64,000 nt of DNA from the human T2T-CHM13v2.0 reference genome, Homo sapiens. Positions within the stretch are counted from its first letter, which is position 1. Each line of letters begins with the position of its first letter. Both the position numbers and the translations under genes were made by a program. Below the pieces are notes generated by a model. That model ran no database searches. It was not told the DNA's origin and saw only the letters and a program-made list of their open reading frames with translations. The DNA is taken from the NCBI RefSeq assembly GCF_009914755.1, contig NC_060937.1; one strand, 5' to 3'. Shown piece after piece: positions 1-15,279 of this stretch.

Positions 1-1728
<1,728 letters not shown>

Positions 1729-2894
1729 ATTGCTCTAAAGTGGATTTTATAAACGGGTATCACACAATCTAGCTTTCACAGATGACAAAGGCCTTGGAGG
1801 AAGTTAATGTTTTGCTATTATTAACTTATCAAGCAACCACAGTCTCAAGGCATTCTTTCAGGCAATAAACCATATTCCTTTTGTTGTTGGCTCACTCTTT
1901 ATTTTTATGGCCCATTAACCAGTGCTGAATTAAAATCAAATTTGTACAAATGATATAATACCCATATAAATAGTCTTGCAAACTAGTTAGTCATCTGAAT
2001 ACCCAGTAAATTGCAATGCCAAAACAAGGTTATGAATCAAGTACATGAATAGATTTTAAATGACTGATGTTCAAAAACATTCTTATTTTAAAAGGATAGC
2101 CAAAAATGGGAGACAAAATGTTAAAAAGTGCCGAACAAGATAAATTTGGCATGAACTTTAGAAAACATTTCATTTACATAGCAGAGCAGGAATTTTTGGC
2201 TGAATGAAACACACACTCTGTGTTGGCAAAAGCACAGAGTACTCTGTAGTGAGTCTTGTTTCTTGGTGTCTTCTTTTATTGGCCTTTGGAAGAGTTGAAT
2301 GTTTCTGGACCAATTTGTCCACTTCTTAGTACTAATGACATCAAAATACACTAAAGCTTTTCTCTGTGAATTCATCTGCTACCCTAAAAAAAAATGAAGA
2401 CTAAACAGAATTTTTGCATGGGAAATTTCTGTGATCCTAATGAGAGGTTTGGAGTTCAGTGAACCAGCAATTATAATAATTTGAATCAAATTTTCTTTTT
2501 CAAATAACGAGCAGTTTTTATTTTTGAGAGAATAATTGAACTAATTAATTCTCTCCTAAATAAAGAAGGTGAGGCTCTCAGCTGCCATGTGATGGCCACA
2601 GAGATCGCTTCAGCTTCACCCCAACCACTACCATGTAGCTGTTGGCAGTAGCTGGAAATGTCACTTGAGGTTCCTGTAGACATATGATAACATCATCACT
2701 AGGTGGAAGGTTTTCTCAGGGTATTCACTTCTTACTTTCGGGTGGAGGGGGGAGGATTGCTGTGGTGCTGTGATGCATACTGCCCCCAGACATTTCTCCC
2801 AAGTGCTTCTGCAAGAATTTTTAGCAAACGTTCAAATCTTTTTCAAGTAGAAATCTGTTTGGACTGAGATGTTACACCTTGAAATAGGAAGAGC

Positions 2895-3105
2895 TTGTGT
2901 GGTGGAAAGACAAGGCCTTTGAATCAAGTGAACTTGGTTCCAATCCTAACTCCACCATTTAACATATGTGCTTATTATAGAACTCTTCTGTGAAATAGAA
3001 ATGATGCTACCTGCCACTGGATTTATGGCAGGAATTAAATGAAACAACGCACACAATGCAGTTCAATGCCCAGACATAGAAGAAGCTCAAGAATAGAGAT
3101 TACTA
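2895..3105 (+). mobile_element. MIR SINE relic
   Basis: gtggtggaaaga...tttgaatcaag...ttggttccaatcctaactccacca...ctgtgaaatagaaatgatg...attaaatgaaa follows the MIR layout. Confidence 0.7.
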
Positions 3106-3487
3106 TTAATAAAATAAAACATACATGAGAAGGCTAAGGTATTTGAATCTTCAGTTGGATCGGTTTAATCCGTTGCTTTTTGGATTTCTAGTGCAATTAA
3201 TTCAGCTACAAAAACAGAAATGTGACGAGAAGTGGTTCTCAATGCTTGCAAACCCAATCCCCTCCTTTTAAATTCATAAATAGTTTTGCAATGTTTTGCT
3301 TATTATCTTGAAATAAAATGCATAGGCGAAATTAGATGCTCCTGGTTTATATATATAGCTATCTTAAATATATATATAGATTACATATAATCTATATATA
3401 ATTATATGTAATATATATTCCAGAAAGTAAAGGCTCAATTAAGGCATACTACTCTACAAGAAATGAAGAAATTAGATGCTCACCCTT

Positions 3488-3844
3488 TGTTATGGTCTGA
3501 ATGTTTGTGTCCCTCCAAAATTCATATGTTAAGATCTAATTCTCAGTGTGTTGGTATTAAGAGGTAAGGCCTTTGGGAGATGACTAGGTCATGAGGATGA
3601 AGCCCTTGTGAATGGGATGAGTGAGCTTATAAAAGAGGCCTAAGGAAGCTCATTTGCCCCTCTGCCACGTGAGAACTCAGCAACAAGCGGCCATCTATGA
3701 GGAACAGGCCCTCTCCAGACACCAAATCTGCCAGTGCCTTGATCTGGGACTTCCCAGCCTCCAGAGTTGTGAGCAATACATTCCGTTGTTTAAAACGTAC
3801 CCAGTCTCAAGCATTTTGTTATAGCAGCATAAATGGCTAAGAAA
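3488..3844 (+). mobile_element. MaLR solo LTR (MLT1A/MST-like)
   Basis: Starts tgttatggtctgaatgtttgtgtccctccaaaattcatatg, contains gacttcccagcctccaga, ends ttgttatagcagcataaatggctaaga. Confidence 0.88.
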
Positions 3845-4242
3845 TTCCTGTATGTAAAATCTCCATGAATACAATAGATAAACACTCAGACTGATTCAGA
3901 TGTTTCATGCTGGTGATGCAAATACCATGGACAACACCATATATTTTTTAAATGGTAAATAATCCCCAGGAAAGTTCATAATGATAAAAAAAAAAGTTTT
4001 TCTCATTTTAGACATAGCTGCATTCCTGAAAAAGACAATCTATATTAGAATTTTATAACAGTAGTTTGCATTTATAATTAAACAACTAAATTTTAGGAGC
4101 AAAAAATTACCAATAAGCTTTTCTTTACACGAACATCCTACAAAATGCGGAAAGCCATGAAAACTGAGACTATTATTTATTGTGCAGGGCAGTTCCATGC
4201 TTTGCATAAGATAGCCTTCCAGGTTCCTCTTTGCTAAGGAAA

Positions 4243-4288
4243 CCAACCAACCAACCAACCAACCAACCAAACAACAACAACAACAAAA
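4243..4288. repeat. (CCAA)n-(CAA)n microsatellite
   Basis: ccaaccaaccaaccaaccaaccaaccaaacaacaacaacaac seen directly. Confidence 0.9.
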
Positions 4289-4597
4289 ACCGCAAAAAAA
4301 CAGGTCCGCAAGTTTTCAAAGTTTCCCTTTGGGTGAGTTCTTCTCTCCAGAGGAAGGCAATTTAGAACAATAGGTCCTGCAGGGAAGAGTAGACTGGGTG
4401 TAAATAGGGGAAAGGCCTGTAGGTAGTTACCAGGAACCTCAGGGTAGAGAAAAGCATGTAGAGAAAATGTTAAAAAGAAAGGAAGACTTTGTCAAAGGTA
4501 GCTATCTGAGAAAACAGGAACTGGCCCAAAAGTAGAAGCTTCCAGCCATGAACTGGAAATAGGTGGCTAAACCTACATCAGCTCTTGTCCAAGGGAC

Positions 4598-4898
4598 TCT
4601 CTTAGTCTGTCTAGCCTGCTGTAATAGAATACCATAAATTGGGTGACTTATAACCAACATAAATTTATTTCTCATAATTCTGGAGGCTGAGAAATCCAAA
4701 GTCAAGGAGCTGGCGGATTTGGTGTCTGGTTAGGGTTCACTTCCTGGTTGGTTTATAGAAAGAAGTCTTTTCACTGTCACTTCAAATGGCAAAAAGGGTG
4801 AAAAACTCCCTCTGGATTCTTTTATAAGAACATGAATCCCATTCATGAGGATTTTAATATATGAATTTTGGGGAGACACAAACATTCCAACCATAGCA
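4598..4898 (-). mobile_element. MaLR solo LTR (MLT1A/MST-like)
   Basis: Antisense MaLR termini (cttagtctg...aatttatttctcataattctggaggctg...aacattccaaccatagca). Perfect 5-bp TSD GGGAC at 4593-4597 and 4899-4903. Confidence 0.9.
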
Positions 4899-6039
4899 GG
4901 GACCAAGTGGAGCTGAGTCTCGGAAACAAACATTGAGTTGAATCTGATCACAAGGGTCAGATGACCCCAGTAGAGGAATCGCAAGAGGCAACTTCTGTGT
5001 TTTTCCCTATTCTGGAAAGCAAGGAGGAAGCTCCCCAAGAACCTTCTGCACTAAGGGTCTTCCCTAGCCCAGCACTACTCTCCACTGGCAACAACAAATA
5101 TCTCAGCACCAAACCACTAGAATCACTCTCTGTCCACACAAACTGGAGACAGAAAAGAACCATCTTCTGAACTGATTTGTCTTCTGATGAGTCTATTTTG
5201 AAGATCCAGAGCAACAGCAAGATATTTTTGTCTTTCTCTTTCTAAACAGCTTTTGTTTTGTCTCTTTGAGTATTATTCTATTAAGCTATTTCATTAATGG
5301 CTCAATTGGAAACCTGAAAGTTTATAATTGTTAGCATAAATGTTTTAGAATGGTAAGTAGTATAATTATAGTATTTTCATTGTTGTAACGAAATAAAATC
5401 ACACATACAACGTCTTGGTTCTTCCTGTCTAACAAGTATCCTATAGCATTAACTGTAGTCAGAGTCTTACATGAGAATTTTCACAAGTGAAAATATCAAC
5501 TTAAGGTTTATATCTGAGTTATAAGGGCTCAATATTCTCTGCTTATAAGATTAATATTACTCACCTTTATAAAATTTAATTAATAAAAAAACCAAAACGT
5601 TTATCCAAAGTATCTGTCCCTTTTTGCTTAAATGTCAGAACATTGGTTGTATTTATCCACAATGTGCCTGTTAATCCATCCTAGCTCACCAGAATGCCCT
5701 TCCTGGAACTTGTGCCTTGACCAGCCTGTTTTTGCCCCCTCACTCCATCACGCTGTGGCTCCTTTATTTTGTACTTCTGTGCATATGCATGCCTTAACAG
5801 GAACTCTGGAGGACATATGTCAGGCACACATGATCTACTGCCATAAAGACTGCATGTCTGTCTTGCCATGTTTCTTGCAGGAAACTTAGTTGCCTGTGCA
5901 TCCCCATACACACGGAATATTTCCAGACTTGGAGGAGGCACCCATAATTGCCAGTCAAATAAATGAATAACAGGGACCAATTTTTCAAATGTATATATAT
6001 ATTTTGCTCAGTCTTCCAAGCCAATCTATTTAGATATTC

Positions 6040-8050
6040 ATGTAACAGCTTTATTGAGGTATAAATCATATACCACACAATTCACGCATTTAAAATGTAC
6101 AATAAAATAATTTGTAAAATATTGTTATGCAAACATTACAACAATCAATTTTAGAATATTTTTATCACTCTTGCAAGAAACTCTGTGTCCATTAGCTGTC
6201 ACTGCTTCACTTGCTCATAATCCCTTAAACGCTACACAACCACCAGTGTACATTCTGTTTCCATAAATGCACCTATTATAGACAATTCATATAAATAAAA
6301 CTATATGTCTTGCTTGGTGTCTTGCTTCTTTCACTTAGCATAATATTTTCAAGGCTCATTCATGTTGTAGCATATATGTCTCTCACTCCTTTTTATGATT
6401 GAATAATATTACTTTGTGTAGATATTCCTAATTTTGTTTATCCATTCATCATTTGATGGAAGTTTTGGTTGTTTTAAATTTTTAGATATTTCAAATAATG
6501 GTCATATAGACATTCATGTATACATTTTTATATAGACATATATTTTCAATTCTCTTGGGTATCTACATAGGAATAGAATTTTTGGGTCATATAGTAACTC
6601 TTCAACATTTTGAGAATTGCCAAAATGTTTTTCAAGTGATGGTAGCATTTATATAAGCAATGTATGAATTCTTCACATTCTCACCAACACTTGCTACCAC
6701 TCTTCTTTTTATTAGAACTATCTTAGTGGGTTGAAGTAGTTTCTCATTGTGATTTTGGTTTACATTTCTCAAATGACTAATAATTTTGAGTCTTTTAATG
6801 TGCTTATTGACAATTTGTATACCCTTTTTGGAGAAAAGGTTATTCAAATCCTTTGCTCATTTTAAAAACTATGTTGCCTTTCTATTTTGGAATTGTAAGA
6901 ATTCATTATTTATTCTGGACACTGGATCCTTATCACATAATTTGCAAATATGATTTGCAAATATTTTCTTCTATTTCGTGGGTGTTATAGGGTTGTTCAA
7001 GTCTTTTATTTCCTTCTGAAACTTCTAACTAGTTCTTCTATTTGTGGTTGAAAATGAAGTATTGAAGTCTTCAAAAATTATTGTTGTGGTTGGGAGTGGT
7101 TGCTCACGCCTGTAATCCCAGCTACTTTGGAAAGCTGAGGTAGGCAGATTGCTTGAGCTCAGGAGTTCGAGACCAGCCTTGGCAGCATGGTGAAACTCTG
7201 TCTCAGCCAAAAATACAAAAAAATTAGCTAAGTGTATTGGCGCATGCTTGTGGTCCCAGCTACTTGGGAGGCCGAGGTGAAAGGATAACTTGAGCCCAGG
7301 AAGTGGAGGTTGCAGTGAGCCAAGATTGTGTCACTGCACTCCAGCCTGGGTGATAGAGCCAGACCCACTTCCAGGAGAAAAAAAAAAAAAAATTATTGAA
7401 TTGCCTCTATCTCCCTTCAATTCTGACAGCTTTTCTTTCATGTACTTTGAATCTCTGTTGTTAGGCACCTATTAATATATGTTTACAACTGTTATGTCTT
7501 TATGTTGGGTTGGCACTTTTATCATTAAAAAATGTTCTTCTTTGTCTACAGGAAAAAAGTTTTATCCTAAAGTCATTTTTTTTTTCTGGAGTAGCTATCA
7601 TAACCCTATTTTGGTTACAGTTTGAATGATATACATTTTTCAATACATTTAACATGAATCTACTGTTTGTTTGAATCTCAAATGTATCTCTTTTAGACAT
7701 CATATGGTTGGGTCACCTCATTCTTCCATTATGTCAATCTCTGCTTTTGGATTGGAGTGCTTAATACATTTACTTTTAGTGTAATGACTGATAAAGTAGA
7801 ATTCACCTTTGCCCTCTTGCTATTTATTGTCTATATTCCTTATATCTTTATATATTTTTGTTCCTTTATTTCTCTATTACTGACTTCATTTGTGTTAGAT
7901 ACACATTTTCCAATACACGTTTTTAATTCCCTTGTCATTTGTTTTACATTTTTTTTGCTATTTTCTTAGTGTTAGAATTCAATTCTTATTTTAAAATATT
8001 CCAATTCAAATTAATATCAGTGTAGTTCCAATAGTACACAAAAACTTAAT
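6040..8050 (-). mobile_element. Old L1M-type LINE fragments (3' end 6040-~6985, ORF2 5' region ~6990-8050), interrupted by an Alu
   Basis: taacagctttattgaggtataa...catttaaaatgtaca is an antisense L1MB-type 3' end, followed by typical antisense ORF2 C-terminal sequence, then antisense endonuclease-region sequence. Confidence 0.82.
7088..7391 (+). mobile_element. AluJ-type SINE
   Basis: Dimeric Alu with gattgcttgagctcaggagttcgag (J-like) and an A-tail. aaaaattattg is present on both flanks. Confidence 0.92.
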
Positions 8051-8889
8051 GTACAAAGGTTTGTTTTTGTTTTTGCAATTTGGAAGCTCAATAAATTAAG
8101 GATGTTAGTTTGTCCCTTGATACCTTTTTCAAGGAAACCAAACGCACCTTTGCATTTCAGAATTAGGTACTATGTGTGAAATTTTATAATTTACCCTCTA
8201 TGTATATAACTTTTAGGCTTGCTTCAGGCCATTTTATAATTCAAAGTGAACACATTTAGATTATTATTATTTTTCTTATAACCTTTATTCAAAAATTTCT
8301 TAATAATACATAAACTTGCTATTTTAAACCATACTATTTTATTTAATATCGCTGTCAGTCATTCTTCTCAAATACAGAATGCCTATTTAGTTTTAGAATT
8401 TCCTATACACTAGCTCTTCAATTAGATATGTATGTACTGAGAATTAATTCATCTTGCATTTCTTGTCTTTTTACCCATTCCTAATCTAATGTGAAGTTAT
8501 CCATATCTAATCTAATGTGTACATTATAATTTAAGCTTTTAAAAGTTACCACATGACTATCATGCCATTTATTTATTTAAATTGGTAACTTTCAGTATTC
8601 AATGTAGAACAAGTGGGTGATGATAAGTTGCCTATCTTCATGTTTTATTTAAATGCATAAGTATTTTTCAAAGTTCCTTTATAGGATGTTCAAGTAGAGC
8701 CAAAATAAGTCTCATTTAAATACATTCTTATAGAATCTGCACATACAAACAGACACTTATATTGATACTAGCTTATGACTTTGTCATCCTCACTAAAAAG
8801 TCAGTTTTAATCAACAACTCTACAATATGCATCTTCTTTCTCCCAAGCAAGGAGGATGATTACTGTGGAGGAACACAGAGAAGAATGGA

Positions 8890-9332
8890 CTCCAAAGAGC
8901 CTGAAGATAACAAAAGCAATATGAGGAAGGCCTAGAATGATGAGATAACTTGAATAAATACCTGAAATGATTGAAGTCTCAAGATATTAAGCCTAGAGAC
9001 TTGGGAACATACAAGACTTATCTATATTTAAAGAATTGTCATTTCTTGGTGGAGTAACTAGACAATATAGACATGTTTCCACCATGGGTAAAGCTAAGGA
9101 GATGAATGTGAGCTACAAGAGATTAAACTCAGGGTAACTGAGAAGGAGGTTATTTAATGGTTAGGTATTTACAAAGGTGAAACGCAGTGAGTTCCTTGTT
9201 ACTGTCATGTTCATGTATGGGCTGGGTATACACTTGGGAAGAATGTGGAAAAATCTTTTATATTATACCAAGTTGATATGTGAAATAGTTGACCCTCAGT
9301 ATCCCTCCAAAACCTGGGTCTTTATGATTTTG
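8890..9332 (+). mobile_element. L3/CR1 LINE 3' relic
   Basis: Ends gaccctcagtatccctccaaaacctgggtctttatgatt, resembling the CR1/L3 3' terminus. Upstream cagtgagttccttgttactg..tgttca is also CR1-like. Confidence 0.55.
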
Positions 9333-9469
9333 TGAGACAGAGTACCAATAATTATTGAACTTTAAAGCTAATTATGTCACTGGCTCTAAAAAGTAAGTTT
9401 CATGGAATGAATAAAAAGAAAATTGATGAGATTAAAACAAAGGTCTTAAAACAACATGATTGAAGGTTG

Positions 9470-11515
9470 GGTAGACCAAAGGGAGCCCTTGCTGATCTTT
9501 CAGCATTAAAGGCCCAGGTCCCTTGACTCAACCCGTTTCTGGGAACCCAAATCCTTTTTCACCAGAGAGGGTAAAATGGTCTAAGAGTGGAGAAATTCCT
9601 GGGACCAGAACATAAAATGTGAATGTTGATAGGATTATGAAAGTCGGATTGTTTAAATGGCTTTCTATAAAGTAGTTGTGTCTTCTGTACCTAAATGTTT
9701 TATGAAAATGGATACTAGGACTGGGGACTATTTCCCTTATCTAGTACTGTAAAGCAGAGGGCATGTAAATTCATCCATGTTGCAATATTAATTGGACATG
9801 TTAAATGGGGACTAGTGGGATTGTTCAAGCCCACAGAGTGTACAGGAGAAGTGGAAGTGTGGACAAGTTCTCCACTTGATAGTCCTTTATGGAGCATTTA
9901 CTGGGGCCTATGCCAAAGATCTGTGGGCACCTCCCAGTGAGGACTACTGGGTCTCTGGGCTGGAGAATTTCCACTTGAGGGACATTTACTGCCTTGTGAT
10001 GGGACATTAACTGAGTCTACCCCTGAGACTGAAGGACATAGAATGATCATGACATCTGAGATATCCATGCTGTCTGGGGTGGTGTCACAGAGGCACTATG
10101 ATGGTGATGGCAGTGCCCAGAATTGTTCTGTGATAAGGTGAAGCTGGTTTGTGTAGGACCTTGCTGCCTGGGGAGTTAGAAGGAGATACTCATGAGCAGG
10201 GTGCCTCTTTTTCCCTAGGACTGACTCTGGAGCTGTATGAGAAGCAGCTGGATCCTATAGGGCCCAACAGAAAACTCCTGACTGACTGAAGAAGAGCTGC
10301 TTGTCTTGTGGCTAGCAGCTCTGGAGTGAGTGGTCAGCATCCTGTTTGGAGGCTGCTACTCTGATGGAAGAAAAGTAAAGAAAATATGTATTTTTTTTTC
10401 TGTTGAGCTCTGTACAGCTTAGAGAAATTGGGAAAGTGGACTTCTATGAGCAAAATTCACCTTTCTCTTTACCTGATTTCCCCAAATTTGGAAAGTATTC
10501 ATGAGTACCTTGATTTTATGGCAATACAGTTATTTGGATAAAATTCAGTAAGAATCTGTTTTCTTTTGTAATGGGACATACTTGGAGACATTGGTTATTT
10601 TTCCAAGGCTTTGAATAGAATGGCACATTTTCGGGTATGACCAGGCTGCTTTGAGGAATTGAGATTGAATTTATACAGCTGATAAAATGTTCTGTGGAAA
10701 AACTGGTTTGGTATCTTGCCTATATAGTTCCCTTATAAGGTTCTTGACTTGTGGCAAGTAAAGAATGGCACTTTCTAACAGGCCCAGGAATCTCAAGATA
10801 TTGTGAGTCCTCAAGAAGAAAGAAAACTGTACAGATATTATAATCTGTTTGTTGGCAAATCCTTGGCCTGGCTTCTGACCTCAAGGCTTTTGAAAAGCCA
10901 AATTCAAAATTCTTTATAAAACTTCCAGCAAAGCCAACTTAAAAGGAGCGTATATGGCCAATCACTATTCTTGCTGCACTCTGTACAAATAATCAGGCTG
11001 AATATAATGAGACTAAAATTTACTTGCAAATAAATTAGTCTTATTGTGATTTATCCTTGGTAGAAATGAGAAAACTGAAGGAAGAAAAATTTAGATTCTA
11101 GTCCTGACCATTATTTTTGAGTTTTTATATTTGCCTATAATTTGGGCTGAATTCTGAATCACTTAAGTCTCTAAAGAAGAATCAGGTTTTAATTTTCTTC
11201 ATGATGCTTTTAGTTGGCTGCCTAATGGAATAGGTTCTTTTTTGTTTTTGTTGTTCTGTACTTGTGTGCATTATATTTCTACTATTCAAGTTAGTAATGT
11301 TATGTATCTCATTATGTTATGTACCTCTTCTGAAAAAACTGAAATCACGGTATTCTGTAGTGAGGATTCATCAGATCCCGTGAATCTCCCTCAGTTGGAA
11401 TCCCACTGTTTCCATCGCTAATGCACTGCTGCTGATGCTATACAATATCAAGCACCATCCCTAAAGGCTCAAGGTCCACTGGGGAAGAGGAGAGCACGTG
11501 AGATTGTAAGAGTCA
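9470..11515 (+). mobile_element. ERV internal sequence: degenerate ERVL-like pol (tether/RNase H) ~9470-10380, then MER4-group-like non-coding internal sequence
   Basis: 10115 onward translates AQNCSVIR*SWFV (compare ERVL AQQHSIIKWKWYI). ~10293 onward translates RAACLVASSSGVSGQHPVW (compare RAWFTDGS...W). 10450-11300 resembles MER4-group internal sequence (tttacctgatttccccaaatttggaaagtattcatgag). Confidence 0.65.
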
Positions 11516-11517
11516 GA

Positions 11518-11850
11518 TTACAGGGTGGAGCGTGGGCCTAAAGCAACTCCATCTTGGATGCTAATCCACCATGTTGACTTCTGGTTAACTTCAGTTCTCA
11601 AAAAGTCTCTAAGATTTCCAATTTATCCCTTGTTCCTTGTGTAGAGCACATATAAATCCTGCCCTTAAACAATTGTCCTACACATCCCTTTGGAAGCACA
11701 GATGCCCTTTTCCTATGGCATATAAGCCCTGGGTCTGGTGGGTAATGGCACGAGGATCCACTCTCTTGCCTTGCTGCCACCTGAGACAAAGACATGGTTT
11801 CCGCTTGTAAGTCAGTCCATATGAGTGTTTGTTTCTGAGAAAACTAAAAT
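11518..11850 (+). mobile_element. ERV1 MER4-group LTR (exact family uncertain)
   Basis: agcaactccatcttggatgctaatccaccatgttgacttctg start, TATA-like catataagccc at ~11719, directly downstream of ERV internal sequence. Confidence 0.7.
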
Positions 11851-14064
11851 AAATAAAAAGGAAAATTTTAAAAGGTGAGAGCTTTTAAGGTGTCTCTGGC
11901 TGAAAAAGAGAGATAAGCATTTTGGAGAAGAATCAGGGTTTTGAGGACGTTCTGAGGAAATCTTCAGAGGAGGGTAAAAATTATCAAACATATACAGAGA
12001 TCAATTTGGTAAAGTGAAAATTCTTGTAGAATTGTATAAAAACTGGGCTCGGTGAGGTACAATGTGATACAAGGTAGGGAGGAAAAGAGAGATTTTGCCA
12101 ACTGAGAAACACTATACAAGTATACAAGTGTTAAGTGTTATTCTATTTTTAGTAAGAAACTTGAACTGGGTAGTGAAGTGTCAGGAAGCCTGGTACCAGG
12201 TGATGACCAGGTCCACTGTAGACAAAAAGTGTATGATTCAGCAGAAGTAGAGAGCCCTCATTTCTAGGAGATGGTAGGCTATGCATGCAGTTGGCCTCAA
12301 GAGACAGGACTCTGGCTACCCAGAGATACTAGGAAGAGTGAGGCAATAACTACATCTCAAAATAAGGATGTATCCTTAATAAGTAACCAAGATACGACCT
12401 CAGATCTGACACCATAAGCAAAAAATCTCAAGGAAGATGTCAAAGCCCAGTAAAAAGAGCTAAAATATGAGATTAGAGTGGCACCAATAAGGAGACTGGC
12501 TTATTTCTGAGTTTTCAAAATACTAATGTGAGGTTTCTTACATTTTTTAACCTTACTGGGAAGACTGGCCTCAGAGCCTGGAGTAGAGCTGGATTAGAGA
12601 CAGAAGCTGAAGGGTCCTAACCATGAGAAGGTAATGGGGGAAGAAGACACCAAAGAACAGCAGATGCATAACTTGCATCTTCACTCTGACCACTTGCTAA
12701 CAGCAACCTGGAACATGACACTGTGAAGAGTTGAGAACACGTTTTACAACTCGGAAGGAAATAATGCCACAATCAAGTGACAGTGCCTGAAACAGGCATG
12801 GGACAGAGGTCAATGTGTGCATCCAATGTTCCTCACTCCTGCATAAGACCATTCTAAATTCAGGATGCGGCTCTAGAATGAAGTAGAGGCAGTGCGTGGC
12901 AGATCTTGATTACCAGACTGAAAGGTTATAATTTTGCATGAGAGCTAAGGGAAATTGGTTAAAGATCATGGCCAACAGAGATGCCTTTGGTGTTGGACTG
13001 GGTTAACTGAACAGGGTTGGAAGGAAGGTAGGTTAATCAGAGTAGCAGCAATTCCTCAACATCTGTGTTTGTGGCTCTCAGTTTTCACCCAAGTGTGAGA
13101 AGTGGGATTCAGTGCCCTCGTGTTAAATTTTCTGTGCAGTGAATTGTAAAAGCAATTGCCAATAAGAATGATTTCATGTACACATATTCCCCTGTGCAGC
13201 ATGCTGCAAATTTATTCATAATCTTCTCCAGTTAATATGAGGAAACTCAGCTGTAGTGCCAAAATGACAGGATGATTTATATATAAAACTGAAATCCACA
13301 TTAAAAGTTTCCTATTTGATCTTCTGCTCTGGAATTTGTAGGGGAGAACAAAGGATGTTCAAGAAATAACCCTTCCTAAGGTAAACTGTACAGGCAGGAG
13401 ATTAACATCATTGCCTGCATAAAGTAGAATTTATGCATCGCGTTCTATGAATATATGGAATAAAGATACTAAAGAAATGACACCAAAACTAATGTCTAAA
13501 CCAAGAAAAAATGATAGAATTTTAATCTGAAAATTAGAAAAATATATATTCTACTTCAAACCCATTTAATAGATGAAAAAAAGGAGGCCCAAAGAATTGT
13601 AGAGACTTGAAGTTTCTGTAACATTAGGGACAGAAACGTAACTTGATATTAGATCTGCCAAGTGCAAAGTTTTTGTGCTTTCCACCTCACCATGATGTAT
13701 TTTGAATTTTCTACTTCTTAGAGTGCTACCATTATCACCCAGTTGCTGAGAGCAAAAGCCTTAGACGTTTTCTCACTGACTGCACTCCTTCTTGTATCCT
13801 CCTACTGAACTCCTTGCTGCCTCACTCTCAGGAGCTGATTTACACCCATTCTTCTGCTTATCTAACTTTTGGATTTGTCTTTTCTCCTTCTTCATTGACT
13901 CTTAAATTTCTCAAGTGGACTTTTGTAAGAGCATCTTCATTACCTTGAAGGCTTTTATGTTTTGTTTCCTGTTTGTTATAAACCACCCTCAGATTTATAT
14001 TCATAAAACACAATTTAAATCAACTGTCCCAGGATCAAAAGCCTTCAATGGCATCCAGTTTTCT

Positions 14065-14809
14065 TTTCTTTTTTTTTTAAAAGATTTGTCAGTTTTTTAT
14101 ACATATATATATGTATATATATATATACATATATATATATAAAAACTTTAAGTTCTAGGGTACATGTGCACAATATGCAGGTTTGTTACATATGTATACA
14201 TGTGCCATGGTGTGCTGCACCCATTAACTAGTCATTTACATTAGGTATGTCTCCTAATGCTATCCCTCCCCCTCCCCCCACCCCACAACAGGCCCCGGTG
14301 TGTGATGTTCCCTTTCCTGTATCCATGTGTTCTTATTATTCAATTCCCACCTATGAGTGAGAACATGCAGTGTTTGGCTTTTTGTCCTTGTGATAGTTTG
14401 CTGAGAATGATGGTTTCCAGCTTCATCCATGTCCCTACAAAGGACATTAACTCATCATTTTTTATGGCTGCATAGTATTTCATGGTGTATATGTGCCACA
14501 TTTTCTTAATCCAGTCTATCATTGTTGGACATTTGGGTTGGTTCCAAGCCTTTGCTATTGTGAGTAGTGCTGCAATAAACATACATGTGCATGTGTCTTT
14601 ATAGCAGCATGATTTATAGTCCTTTGGGTATATACCCAGTAATGGGATGGCTGGGTCAAATGGTATTTCTAGTTCTAGATCCCTGAGGAATCACCACACT
14701 GACTTCCACAATGGTTGAACTAGTTTACAGTCCCACCAACAGTGTAAAAGTGTTCCTATTTCTCCACATCCTCTCCAGCACCTGTTGTTTCCTGACTTTT
14801 TAATGATCG
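14065..14809 (-). mobile_element. 5'-truncated L1PA (approx. L1PA3-5) with 18-bp TSD
   Basis: Antisense L1 3'UTR and ORF2 C-terminus (ORF 14340..14582 MFIAALLTIAKAWNQPKCP). TSD aatggcatccagttttct at 14047-14064 and 14810-14827. Confidence 0.97.
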
Positions 14810-14934
14810 AATGGCATCCAGTTTTCTACTGACTGAGGTTCAACCTCTTTACTGCACTCAAGGATGGTGCTCCACAAACCACCCCCAACCCCTAACCCAC
14901 CTCCAGAGAAAATTGCTTCTTTAGTGCTTCTGGA

Positions 14935-15006
14935 TTATATTATATATAATATACATATGTGTAGACACACAAAATACACACACACACACACACATATATA
15001 TATGTG
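14935..15006. repeat. (TA)n/(CA)n compound microsatellite
   Basis: Seen directly. Confidence 0.85.
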
Positions 15007-15279
15007 TCACCTTGAAAACTTACATACATTTATTAAATTACACTTCCCTGAATTCCATTATTGGTTTGCATGCTGATCTCTCCCCAGAGGCTTTGCGCTC
15101 AGAGAACATGCCTACCCTGACTCACCCAGGCTTCTCAGCTTCTTGACTGCTTCATTATCAGTGCTCAGGCATTTAGTAAGTAAATGAAACCCCCTCCCTT
15201 CTTTTTATGTGCCACCAATTCATTACACAAGCATAGCCATTCCAGCCGAACCAGTCTAGCCTCTGCCCCAAGAGTAGAC

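Noticed and set aside
11860-12545. Possible additional old LTRs (also 4900-5370, 25600-26080, 37480-38160) and a possible hAT relic at 44020-44560
   Set aside because: Repeat-like in texture, but I could not match termini, TSDs or a family confidently, so they are left unannotated.
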